A DNA stretch of 63,866 nt, counting the filler, from Reticulomyxa filosa (Eukaryota; Protista; Foraminifera), in the NCBI GenBank assembly GCA_000512085.1. It is 16 parts of 16 records of this genome, joined end to end, with 100 filler letters (N's around TTAATTAATTAA, not from the genome) between each part and the next. Parts side by side here need not be neighbours in the genome. Positions count along the whole stretch, not along the records: positions 6,436 to 16,582 come from ASPP01018354.1; positions 16,683 to 28,464 come from ASPP01023503.1; 14 more parts are not named here. The stretch is one strand, 5' to 3'. Below the pieces are notes generated by a model, which was given only the letters and a program-made list of their open reading frames with translations, had not been told where the DNA came from and did not search any database. Shown here in pieces: positions 13,484 to 24,746 of this stretch (position 1 is the stretch's first letter; each line of letters begins with the position of its first letter). The position numbers and the translations under genes were made by a program.

Positions 13484-16400
13484 TCAAAGTTTTCCATCAC
13501 GTTGCTTCACAAACACTTTTTGCTGGTCTTCCAAACCCTTTGCGTTCTTCCAAATACTGCCCTTCATTGATAAACCACTTTGAATACCCATTCTCCATGC
13601 ACATTTCACTAAACTCGTCTCTGTTACATCAATAATTTTACCATTATCACAACTCCATAATCGAAGTGTTTTATCTCCTGAGCATGAAACTAATTTTGAA
13701 CCATCGGGCGATAAATGAATGCCATTAATATGTCCATTATGCCCTTCCAATAGTTGAACTTGTCTTCCTGTAGACACGTCCCATATTCTAATGGTTTTGT
13801 CCTCTGAATATGAAATAATTTTAGAACCATTTGGTGTAAATTGCACTCCGTATATACAGTCCAAATGTCCTTTTAACCTTTGAATTAATTTTCCGGTTGA
13901 TGCACTCCACAATCGAATCTTCTTATCGTCTGAACAAGATACAACTTTAATACTATCTGGAGAAAATTGTACTTCATTTACCGCATCTTTATGTCCTTCT
14001 AATAATAAAAGTTGGTTTCCAGATGATACATCCCATACTCGGATTGTCTTATCCCATGAACATGATACAATTTTAGATTTATCTGGTGAAAATTGTACTC
14101 CTTCCACAGCATCTTCATGTCCTTCGAACACTTGCAGTTGGTTTCCAGATAATACATCCCATAATCGAATTGTGTTGTCATATGAAAAAGATACAATTTT
14201 GGATCCATCTGGCGAGAATTGCACTCCATTTACATCATCAGAATGTTCAGTCAACAATTGGATTTGCCTTCTTGAGGATATATCCCATATTCTAATGGTT
14301 TTATCTGCTGAGCAGGACACGAGTTTAGAACAGTCTGGTGAAAATTGTACTTTCCATATCCACTCTGAATGTCCTTCCAATAATTGAAGTAGTTTCCCTG
14401 ATAATACATCCCATACTCGGATTGTTTTGTCCAACGAATATGATACAATTTTAGAATCATCTGGAAAAAATAATACTCCATTTACACGATCTGAATGACC
14501 TTCAAATACTTGGATCTGTTTTCCTGATTGTGTATCCCATAATTGAACTGTTTTATCTACCGAACATGATGCAATTTTAGAACCATCAAAAGAAAATTGT
14601 ACTCTTGTTATTGTATCTAAATATCCTTCTGTCAATTGGATTTTTTTTTCTACAGCTACATCCCATATTCGAATAGTCCTATCATGCGAACATGACAAAA
14701 TCCTCAATTCCTTTGGAAAAAATTCTACACCAGTTATAATATCTGAATGTCCTTCCAATACTTGAATTTGTTTTCCTGATAAAACATCCCATAATCGAAT
14801 CGTTTTATCATATGAAATAGATACAATTTTGGAACTATCAGATGAAAATCGTGCTTTTGTTACGCCGCTTGAATGTCCTTCAAATACTCGAATTTGCTTT
14901 TTAGATAACGGATTCCACAATCTAAGAGTAGTGTCATCTGAATATGACAATATTTTTGAACCATCTGATGATAATTGAATTCCATTTATATCATCGGTGT
15001 GTCCTTCTAACATTTGGATTTGTTGGCCTGATAATGCATCCCATATTCGAATAGTTTTATCATATGAATACGATATAACTCTTAATCCATCAGATGTAAA
15101 CAGCGCTCCATTTACTCGATCTAAATGCCCATCTAACAATAGAAGTTGTTTTCCAGAAAATACATCCCATATTCGAATGCTTTTATCGTCTGAACATGAT
15201 ACAATTTTGGAGTTGTCTGATGAAAACTGCGCTCTATTCACACGATCGGAGTGTCCCTCTAACAATTGAACTTGCTCTCCAGATGATAAATCAAATACTC
15301 GAATAGTTTCGTCCCACGAATATAACACAACCTTAGAACCATCTGATGAAAATTCTGCTGAACGCACATCCCATGAATTTTCTTTCAATAGTTGAATTTG
15401 TTCGCCTGAGGGTATGTCCCACATAAAAACCGTTTTATCATCTGAACATGAAACAACTTTGGAACTGTCAGGTGAAAATAGTGCTATATGTATCTCCTCT
15501 GAGTGTCCTTTCAACACATTAAGCTGCTTTCGTGATAATGCGTCCCATATTCGAATAGTTTTATCAGTTGAATAAGATAGTATTTTTGTTCCATCAGGTG
15601 AAAATTGAATACCGTTTATTTTCTTTGAATGCCCTTCCAAACAAGCATATTCTCCAAAATAAATATCATTCATTGATGCATTTGTAAAATTGACCTTGTT
15701 TAAGCAAGCTTGAACAAAACGAACGTGATCTAAATTGGCATTGCTGAAATTAGTTCCTTCAAGAAATGCACGATCTAAAATTGCATAAGGAATTTTTATA
15801 TTGCTCCAGTTTTGATAGTTCATGTTAATATTAGCTGAATTGAGTATAGTGATTGCATTTGCTGCTGCAACATTAACATTTTCACTATTTTTTGATGATT
15901 CAATAATTCGAAATAATCTTGATTTTAGATTTATAAATATTGGATTATTATCATGAATTCTCTCTGCAATAAATTGAATAATTCCCAATTCTTCATTTAA
16001 TAATTTACAATTGATTGACAAGTTTGGAATATGAGTTTCAAATTGTTGTTGAAATTGTTGATCATTAACACCAACAACATTTGGTTTCCATGAAATGATA
16101 TCAAATACAATTTTTTGTGCTACATAATATTCTTGACAAGATTTATGTAAAAATTGATATTTATTATCACCAACTCTTCTTAATACATATTTGGCAATAC
16201 TGTCACCATTGAAATATTGTTCCCAAACATCTCGTGTTTTTACAATGAATATTCTCATATTGTCTATTTTTAGCTCTAATTTCTCATTTTCATTTTTAAT
16301 CTCCGTTTCTTTTGTTGGATCTAATTTGCTCAATATTTTTTCGTTTATGTGTGTTGTAACATGATTTTCCGTTGCAACTTGATTTTCTTGGATGAACATT

Positions 16401-16582
16401 TCAAATGCTAAATCTTGACAATATTGTTGCAATGAAGCTTTAATTTTTCTGGGATTAGTTTGGATTCTTAATTCAGATAATTTGGCTGCAATATTTTTAA
16501 CACGAATATCAATCCATTGTTCGTTGAATGCTTCATAAACTTGTGATTTTGATATTTTAGTTCCAATTGGATGTTGTTTCAT
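13484..16582 (-). CDS. NACHT/STAND-type protein, C-terminal part: winged-helix motif, pentapeptide repeats, 16 WD40 repeats (5' truncated)
   Basis: YQFLHKSCQEYYVAQ matches the FxHxSxQEY NACHT-associated motif. LDRAFLEGTNFSNANLDHVRFVQACLNKVNFTNASM is a pentapeptide-repeat block. Sixteen 42-aa GH...WD units follow. Intronless over 3.1 kb. Confidence 0.9.
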   Translation of the reverse strand: MKQHPIGTKISKSQVYEAFNEQWIDIRVKNIAAKLSELRIQTNPRKIKASLQQYCQDLAFEMFIQENQVATENHVTTHINEKILSKLDPTKETEIKNENEKLELKIDNMRIFIVKTRDVWEQYFNGDSIAKYVLRRVGDNKYQFLHKSCQEYYVAQKIVFDIISWKPNVVGVNDQQFQQQFETHIPNLSINCKLLNEELGIIQFIAERIHDNNPIFINLKSRLFRIIESSKNSENVNVAAANAITILNSANINMNYQNWSNIKIPYAILDRAFLEGTNFSNANLDHVRFVQACLNKVNFTNASMNDIYFGEYACLEGHSKKINGIQFSPDGTKILSYSTDKTIRIWDALSRKQLNVLKGHSEEIHIALFSPDSSKVVSCSDDKTVFMWDIPSGEQIQLLKENSWDVRSAEFSSDGSKVVLYSWDETIRVFDLSSGEQVQLLEGHSDRVNRAQFSSDNSKIVSCSDDKSIRIWDVFSGKQLLLLDGHLDRVNGALFTSDGLRVISYSYDKTIRIWDALSGQQIQMLEGHTDDINGIQLSSDGSKILSYSDDTTLRLWNPLSKKQIRVFEGHSSGVTKARFSSDSSKIVSISYDKTIRLWDVLSGKQIQVLEGHSDIITGVEFFPKELRILSCSHDRTIRIWDVAVEKKIQLTEGYLDTITRVQFSFDGSKIASCSVDKTVQLWDTQSGKQIQVFEGHSDRVNGVLFFPDDSKIVSYSLDKTIRVWDVLSGKLLQLLEGHSEWIWKVQFSPDCSKLVSCSADKTIRIWDISSRRQIQLLTEHSDDVNGVQFSPDGSKIVSFSYDNTIRLWDVLSGNQLQVFEGHEDAVEGVQFSPDKSKIVSCSWDKTIRVWDVSSGNQLLLLEGHKDAVNEVQFSPDSIKVVSCSDDKKIRLWSASTGKLIQRLKGHLDCIYGVQFTPNGSKIISYSEDKTIRIWDVSTGRQVQLLEGHNGHINGIHLSPDGSKLVSCSGDKTLRLWSCDNGKIIDVTETSLVKCAWRMGIQSGLSMKGSIWKNAKGLEDQQKVFVKQRDGKL

Positions 16583-16739
16583 NNNNNNNNNNNNNNNNNN
16601 NNNNNNNNNNNNNNNNNNNNNNNNNNTTAATTAATTAANNNNNNNNNNNNNNNNNNNNNNNNNNNNNNNNNNNNNNNNNNNNTAAATTGTGTTATAAATT
16701 ATATGTAAAAATATTTTTTTGGTGCATGTACATGCATAG

Positions 16740-19033
16740 ACACAAGAAGGGGACAAAAAGAATTATCAGAATTTGGATTGACGTCACAACAAAAAAGAAA
16801 AGTAAAAGAAGAAATGAAGGAAAAAGAAAAAGTATTACGATTTGATCCTGTGAGATATATGAAATCGATTCGACAAAAAGCAAGACCAGAATGGTTTGAT
16901 GTAACAAGAAGAAAGGGATCAAAAGTTATATAAATATATAAACATATATATATAAATATATAAAGATATAAATATATAGATATATAAATAATAATAATAT
17001 TATTATCAAATAATTATATAATTATATAGTCAGTTCGAATCACAGATCTAACAATGTACACATTAGATGAAAAAGATCTTTTATTAAGTGGTGCATTACT
17101 TAATTTAGAATATGGTCGCAAATATGGATTAGTAGGATTGAATGGATGTGGTAAAACCACATTATTAAGACGCATCTCTCGATACGATTTAAAACAATTT
17201 CCAGCACATTTACGAGTGTTACATGTCGAACAAGAAATTCTTGGAGATGATCAAACTGTATTAGATTATGTTTTGTCATGTGATGTTGTTCGTGCAGAAT
17301 TAGTCGAAAAGGAACAACAAATACTCAATCAAAAAAATGAATTGGGAGACACAAAATATGAACAAAGTAATGTATTGGATAAAAAATTGCAAGAAATATA
17401 TGAAAAGATGCGTGAATTGGATGTATTTGATGTTGATCATAAAGCTAAAGTAAATGAAATTAATTATTTTTATTTTGTTTTTATTTTTAAATAAATAATT
17501 AAATAAATAAATATTCAATATAGAAAGTATTGGAAGGTTTAGGATTTCGTCCAGAAATGTATAATTGGCCAACTAAAAAATTATCAGGAGGTTGGCGTAT
17601 GAGAGCATCATTAGCAGGAGCTTTATTTGTTTGTCCTGATGTTCTGGTAATATATATTATATATGTATATTTATATATATTTTTAATAATAATAATATCA
17701 ATATTATTATTATTATTATTATTGATACTTAGCTTTTGGATGAACCTACCAACCATTTGGATTTTCCCAGTGTTGTATGGTTAGAAAATTATTTACGTGA
17801 AGAATTTCAAAATACATTATTGGTTGTGTCACATGACAGAGAATTTTTAAATTCTGTTGTTGATCGTATTTTACATATGGAAAAACAACAAATTCGAGAA
17901 TATCCAGTTAATTATTATTATTATTATTATAAATATTTAATAATATTTTAAACAATATATACATAATATTAGGGAAGTTTTCAACACTTTTTACAAACAC
18001 GACAAATGGAATATGAAACTGCTTTAAAAAATTATGAAAATCAACAAGAAGAAATACAACATCATAAACGTTTTATTGATCGTTTTCGTGCAAGTGCTGC
18101 TAGAGCCGCTAGTGTACAATCACGTATTAAAATGCTCAATGCAATGGAACGTTTTCAAAAACCAGAAAAACCTTTCACTTTAGAATTTGAATTTCCTCAA
18201 TGTTCCCATGTTAGTGGTGACGTTATTTCTTTGCGAAATGTTACTTTTGGCTATAACAGTAAAGAAATTTTATTAAATGGCATTTCTCAAAATATTGGAT
18301 TAGATTCAAGAATCGGAGTTATTGGTGCAAATGGTGCCGGAAAATCTACTTTAATTAGTTTAATGTTAGAGCAAGTTTAGATGATTATGTACAAATATAT
18401 ACATATGTATATGCACACATTTATTATATAAATGCATGCACATATTTATAAATACAGTTGAAACCTATCAAAGGTGACGTCGTACGCAACAGAAAAGCAA
18501 GAATTGCTGTATTTACTCAACATCACATTGATCAATTAGATTTATCCATGTCTCCTATGGATTTTTTACTTGCAAAATTTGCTGATGATTGCAGAAGTTT
18601 AATTTATTTATTTATTGTTATCATATTAAGTAATAATAATAAACAATACATATATAATATAGAAGAAAAACGTCCTGCAGAATATATTCGTAATAAATTA
18701 GGCGCTTTTGGTTTAAGTGGAGAAATTGTCAATCAAAGAATGGTATTCTTATCCGGAGGTCAAAAATCTAGAGTTGCTTTTACAATATTAACGTGGGAAA
18801 TTCCACATTTTATTATTATGGACGAGCCTACTAACCATTTAGATATGGAAACTATTGATGCTTTAATCGGAGCCATTCATAAATGGAATGGTGGAATACT
18901 TGTTGTATCTCATGACCAACACTTTTTAATGAGTGCTGCCAAGAAATTTTGGAGTTTATCTATTAAATCAGGAACCATTGAAGAATTTGTTGATTTAGGC
19001 AAAGCCAAAGATTTCGCTTCTCATCGAGCATGA
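16740..19033 (+). CDS. ABC-F family ATPase (GCN20/ABCF3-like), multi-exon, 5' partial
   Basis: Two ABC cassettes: GLNGCGKT / LSGGWRMR / LDEPTNHLD and GANGAGKS / LSGGQKSR / MDEPTNHLD. No transmembrane segments. Short AT-rich introns. Confidence 0.92.
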
Positions 19034-19368
19034 TCATAATAACAATGATTTAATTTATTATGTCTGTCTGTGTTTGCATTAAGGGAGTCATTTTTATTTT
19101 TTTTTTACCAAGCATTTTTATTTTCATCAATACGAGATAAAACCCCGCATATCGCGTTACTTTTCGCGTTTTCCTCTATATCTATAAATTTTTGCCTTAT
19201 TCGTGTTCTCTTACAATATGGATTTGTCACAAAAAAGTAGCCATACGCAAAAAGTATCAACACCGACAATGCATTAGAAAATATTTTCTCTTTTTTTTCA
19301 AGTTTGGAAAAAATTTATAGACGGTTGTCAGCTTGAAAAAAGAGGGAAAGAAAGCTAATAATAAAAGT

Positions 19369-21031
19369 ATGATTGCCATGTCAGATGTTAAAGATGAAAC
19401 TAAGGAAGAAGAAAAAGAAGAAGGAGAAAATGAACAGGAGTACTATAATGATCGAGTTCTGCATCAGCTTCCTGCAATACCACGATTTCCACTAGGAAGC
19501 AAAAAGCTTTTTGAAAAAGAAAATACAATACATTTGGGACTCTTGGAAGAGCACTTTAAAAAAGAAGGACGACTGGAACAAAAAGCAGCAATGCGTATAG
19601 TGCAAACGTGTGCAGAAATATTGAAAAAAGAGCCAAACACATTGTATTTGAATGATCCGATAGGAATAGTGGGAGATGTACGTGGTCAATATTTTGATTT
19701 GCTCAAAGCAATGGAAACAATTGGTGATCCAGCAAATACTCAGTATTTATTTTTGGGAAGCTATGTAAATAGAGGATGTCTCTCATGTGAATGTGTATTG
19801 CTATTATTTGCATATAAAATAACTTTCAAAGATTCATTTTTTATGCTTCGAGGAAATCAAGATACAAGAGCAATGTCTACTTTCTTTTCATTCAAGGACG
19901 AATGTAAGCGTGCAAAAAAAAAACTTTGTCCATATATACGTATATACATGTATACATGCATGTACGTATATATTGACAAATATGACCAGGTAAGTATAAA
20001 TACAATTTGGAATTGTACGACGCAATAATGAATTGCTTTGACTGTTTGCCAATTGTTGCTATTTTGAATAAGAGGATTTTTTGTTGCCATGGAGGCATAT
20101 CACCTGATATCTATACGGTTATAATTACATTCCATCTTTTTTGTTGTTATATATACGTATATATAAACACATGTGTATACATATATACATATATATATAT
20201 TTATGTATACGTGTATATTAGTATATATATGTACATGTACACATGCATACATAGATTGAAGAGATTGACAAATTGAATCGATTTCAAGAGGTCCCTGAAG
20301 AAGGACCAATGTGCGATTTGCTGTGGTCAGACCCAGCAGATGAATATCAAATTGATGAAGATGATGAAACAAAAGAGAGTGAAGAAAAGAATGTCAGTTG
20401 GTTTGCCTTTAATGAAACGCGACAACGCTCGTATGTGTTTGGAATCAGTGCAATTGATGACTTTTTGAAAAGGAATAAGTTGGATAGCATTATACGTGGA
20501 CATGAAGCTAATTTTGACGGATACAGCATGAAATATATTAACAAGCAGACAGGCATTCCTCGAGTTCTTACCGTTCACTCCGCACCCAGTGTTTCCATGG
20601 ACATATACCTATGTAAAGGTGCATGTGTAAATATCAACGATATGGTCATTCGTATCTTGCCTTTTTTAAGATCACCAAATCCTTATTTTTTACCCAATTT
20701 CATGGACGTGTTTGCATGGTCATTACCTTTTGTCGCTGAAAAAGTTGTGTCCTTTTGGCATGATGTCCTCTCTTTTGAAGAGCCGATTACCGACACTGAC
20801 GATATCATAAAATCACAAATACAACTCCCAATCCTTGCCAACAAAAGGTCCGTTTTAAAATATAAACTCTTTTTTGTTGCCCAAATTGTTTCTATTCATC
20901 ATGTCCTTTCCCACTCCAAAGCCGATGTCGCCTGTTTGAAATCTTTACTTTCTGATAACAAACTGCCTCCTGCTACACTCTTTTCAGGATTTGCTCATAT
21001 TGCAAATATTATGAAAACGCGACATTATTAA
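19369..21031 (+). CDS. Calcineurin A (PP2B)-like protein with degenerate catalytic motifs (probable pseudophosphatase)
   Basis: Introns 19904-19989 and 20118-20254 give a continuous PP2B-like chain including CDLLWSDP and the CnB-binding helix LPNFMDVFAWSLPFVAEKV. Motifs read GDVRG, GSYVNRG, RGNQD and SAPSV. Confidence 0.88.
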
Positions 21032-21441
21032 CTAATTGTCACTCGCTCTTTTTTAAAGAAAAAAAGAATGTGTTTTGAGCACAAGAGAATTTTGTAAAGT
21101 ACAGTGTAAGTCTGAAAAAATCATTGACCTCAGTTGCTTTTTTTTTTTCTAAACGAGAAAAAAAAAACTGATCAAAGTTTTAAAAAAGGATTTCAAGTTT
21201 TCTTGGGATCAAACGATAGGAACTTGTCCTACAAAAGCAAAATAACCGCGACGTGGCCCGTGTAAGTCGCAATAGACTACTTTGCGTACAAAATTAGTAC
21301 AAAGATAAAAGTGTCTGATTTTTTGACAAGCCGAAGTCCAAGTCCCCTTTTTTAAAAAAAAAAAAACTTTGTTAATATTGCGAAGTGTTTGAGTGAAGAG
21401 AAAAGCAAGTAAAAAAAAAGGGGTGTTTTTCTCTAACTCTA

Positions 21442-23074
21442 ATGTCAAGTTCAAAAGCAAAAGTGAATATGTTGAGATTAACCGCGTCAGAGTCCAACCT
21501 GCAAAGCGAGGACCAAACAAGCCTGGTGTCCGCATATCAATCGATTTCAGGGCAGTCCCAAGTGAGCTACCTCGGCAACGCAAACTGCGAGCGGGACACC
21601 TCTTTGTACCTGAATCCGTACGGTCAGTACGAAGACATGGAAGAGCCAGAGTCGCCAAAGGTGCAATTCGAAAAGCTGGGAACAGGTTACACCTCCTTCA
21701 GTGGTAACAACTACGCGACATTCGAATTGCCGCCGATACAATCAACAGACTCGTCCCCTCTGTTGTATCCGGCGGTAAGAAAAAGTGAATCCATTCCAAT
21801 AATCCAAAACCAAAAATGGGCATCATCCGATTGGAACTCGCTATTTTTTGACTACCATCACCAAACCAGTTTTAAATACACTGTTATTATTATTTTTTTT
21901 TAACCCCTTTTTTTTTTTCACTTCCTTTTTTTTTTTTTTTTTTAAAAAAAAAAAGGTTAAGAATTTGTTTCGACATTTGATGATGTCATTGATTGGAATG
22001 GCGGCAGTGATGGGCGTGTTTGTGATAGAATTTGTGTACATTCCGTGCGACTGTTTTCTGTTTACACGCTTCAACGACTACTGCAACCTGCAGTTGTTTG
22101 CGCTGCTGCTGATTCATTTGATAAGTTTGTCGAAATACTCGAACATGTATTGGGTGGAGTGTTACAAGTACATGTTTGTGGTATTGTATTGCAACAGCGT
22201 GGTGAGCATTGTGATGGGCGTGTCGTGGCTGGCAATGAACCACATTGACGACCGTTATGTCGGAAAGAAGAACTGGCTGTTGTTTATCGACTGCTTCAAT
22301 GCGAGTCGCCATTCGAACAATCGAAAGGACAAATGGTGTTCGCATCAATCCGATAATCAGATGGTGGAAGCCGTGCTCGTACTGTCCTACTGTCTGTCTT
22401 TTGTGTATACGTTTTATTTCTTAATTGGGTGTATACGTGTCCCCATTTTTCAACATAATATCAAACTCGAAATGTTCGTTGTGCTGCTCACGTCGCTCAT
22501 TTATTTCGCGTGGAATTTCATCGGCTTTGCCGCCAATGATAAATGGAGTTATCATTTCTTTCAAGTTCTTTATGACCCATCTCATTCTGATAGTGATGAT
22601 GATAATAATATACTGCCGGATGATCAAGGACGTACACGGTGGCTATTCCTTGTCCTCTTTGCCATTGCCGCGGCTGTCGTATTTCAACTTGTGTATTTAC
22701 TTTTGTTCTGCGTGAATAAAAAGATTTATCGTTGTGGCAAGTACATCATCAGGTGCCAATGCTATTATGAATATTGTTATCCTCATCAGAAGTCCACTAA
22801 TACCGACTCCGGAATTGATCAGACTCAAACTCGGGCTCAAACTCAGACTCTATCTCACCCCTCCGCGCCTTTAGTAGAACCTTCTGCTTCGCATCCTGCT
22901 CCTCCGACGTCTTCCAAGTGCTGTTGTCTGTCGTGCAATCCGCTCTCGTGCTTTAAACACCTGCCCACTATGGACGCAAATAAGTGGTACTTTGCCAAAC
23001 GGCATAGGCATTCCTTCTCTTATGACTTGGAAAACAAATTGAATGAACTTAGGCACATGCCCAGTGGAGATTAG
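21442..23074 (+). CDS. Multi-pass membrane protein (about 6 TM segments; weak resemblance to FAR-17a/AIG1 family)
   Basis: Exon 1 joins the 21956-23074 frame via intron 21883-21955. Several hydrophobic helices, a WSYHFF motif before the last helix, and a Cys-rich tail. Confidence 0.55.
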
Positions 23075-24746
23075 AACATATATTATGTTTTCTTTTTCTT
23101 ATTATCAGCATTCTGTCTTAGTTTTTTTTGCTTCCACTCTTTTTCGCCTCCACCTCCCCTCTGACAATCATTTTTGAATAAGGCATGCAAGATTAAAAGT
23201 GCATGACTCAAATGAGGGGAAAGACAGTTGAAACTCTTTTCTTCCCTTCCTTTTGTTCTTTCCTTGGCCCTTGTTAACTGACGTGTTGGATATATTTATA
23301 ATAATGATATGTACACATATATATTTGTAAAAAAAAATTCAATCAAGTTTTTACATTCCTTGTTTTGTGTTGGCACCCTTTTTGTTGATGGCTCTTTGTT
23401 TGTGGCTGAGTTAGGGTAAAAACCGTTTTGATTTTAGGCTGGGTGTTTTTCTGTGTCGTGTACGCACTACATGCTGTTGATTTGCGAAAAATATTATTTG
23501 GCCAGCGGAAAGCACTACAAAAAGAAATCTTAATAAAAGCGAAATTCCTTTTCTAACTTTAAATTGTTTAACTGATTCTAGTTTTTTTCGTATATTTTTG
23601 TCTTATACTCTCTCGGCTTCATTGTTTGAATTCAAAGTTTGTTCTCCTTTTCCAGACGGAATGGAACCTTGTGCCACACTGAAAGTTTTAAATTTTTTTT
23701 AAAGTGTTTTAGGCAACACGATGTCATTTACTGCAAGATTTGCTCAGATAATGCATTTCTACTAATAACAAAAATTTTAAACTTTTAAATTTATAAAAAA
23801 CCATAAATTTAAAAAGTGAAAACAATTTGACAATAAAAAAAATCGCCAAATATACAAAAAACAATTTCTTTACATTATGTTAATTCGATATGTCAAACTT
23901 GAAAAATTGACACCTTGATTTGCAAGCAGAAAACACTTGATTTACAAGAGAAGGCCTCAACAACAAGCGACAAGCAAATGGCTTTAATTTTTTGCCTCTC
24001 GCAAATACGCACCTAAAAAAAGAAAAAACACAACACACAACGTATTAAAAAAAGATAAACAAACGCCTCAATAAAGATGTCAAGATTCGTAATAAAGAAC
24101 AACATATTTAAAAAAATATCGTTCTAGTCTGTCGGATCTTGTTTTTTTTTGGAATGGTATTTCCTTTGGGCTATTAAAGACTAAAACCAAAGGTTTAAGA
24201 CATTCCGACGTAAATATATAAAAATTTAACTCATTTGCGAAAAAGAAAGTAACGAAACAAAAACAAAACAACAAACCAGTCCCTTTTTTTCCCCTTTTTC
24301 CCCTTTTTTTTCAAAAAAATGAAAAATCAAATTTTGTAACGCAAATATGTAATTCGTACAAAAATCAGTCGACATATTTACAATTGATCGAGCTTTCTCT
24401 TTTTTAAAAAATTTTTGTTATTTGATCAGAATTTGTAATTATGTGCCCAGACGGGAAATGCACAGAAACGTGTTTTTTTCATCAGTTAATTTTGTTATAC
24501 CGTATCTAGAAAAGTGTGTTGTGTATACGACGAAATAAACATAAACGAATTTTTTGAAAAAATAAATGTGCTCAAAAGGAATTTTTGTTGAAAAAAATAT
24601 TTCATTAAATTTTCAAAGTTATTCAAAAAAAAATGTAAGTGATCCACACGCACATCTCTGTTTTGTTTTTATCACGCTAACAAGCAAAGACAACAAAGCC
24701 CAGATAATATTTATTATCTTAAAGTGAATTATAACAAAAAGCAATT

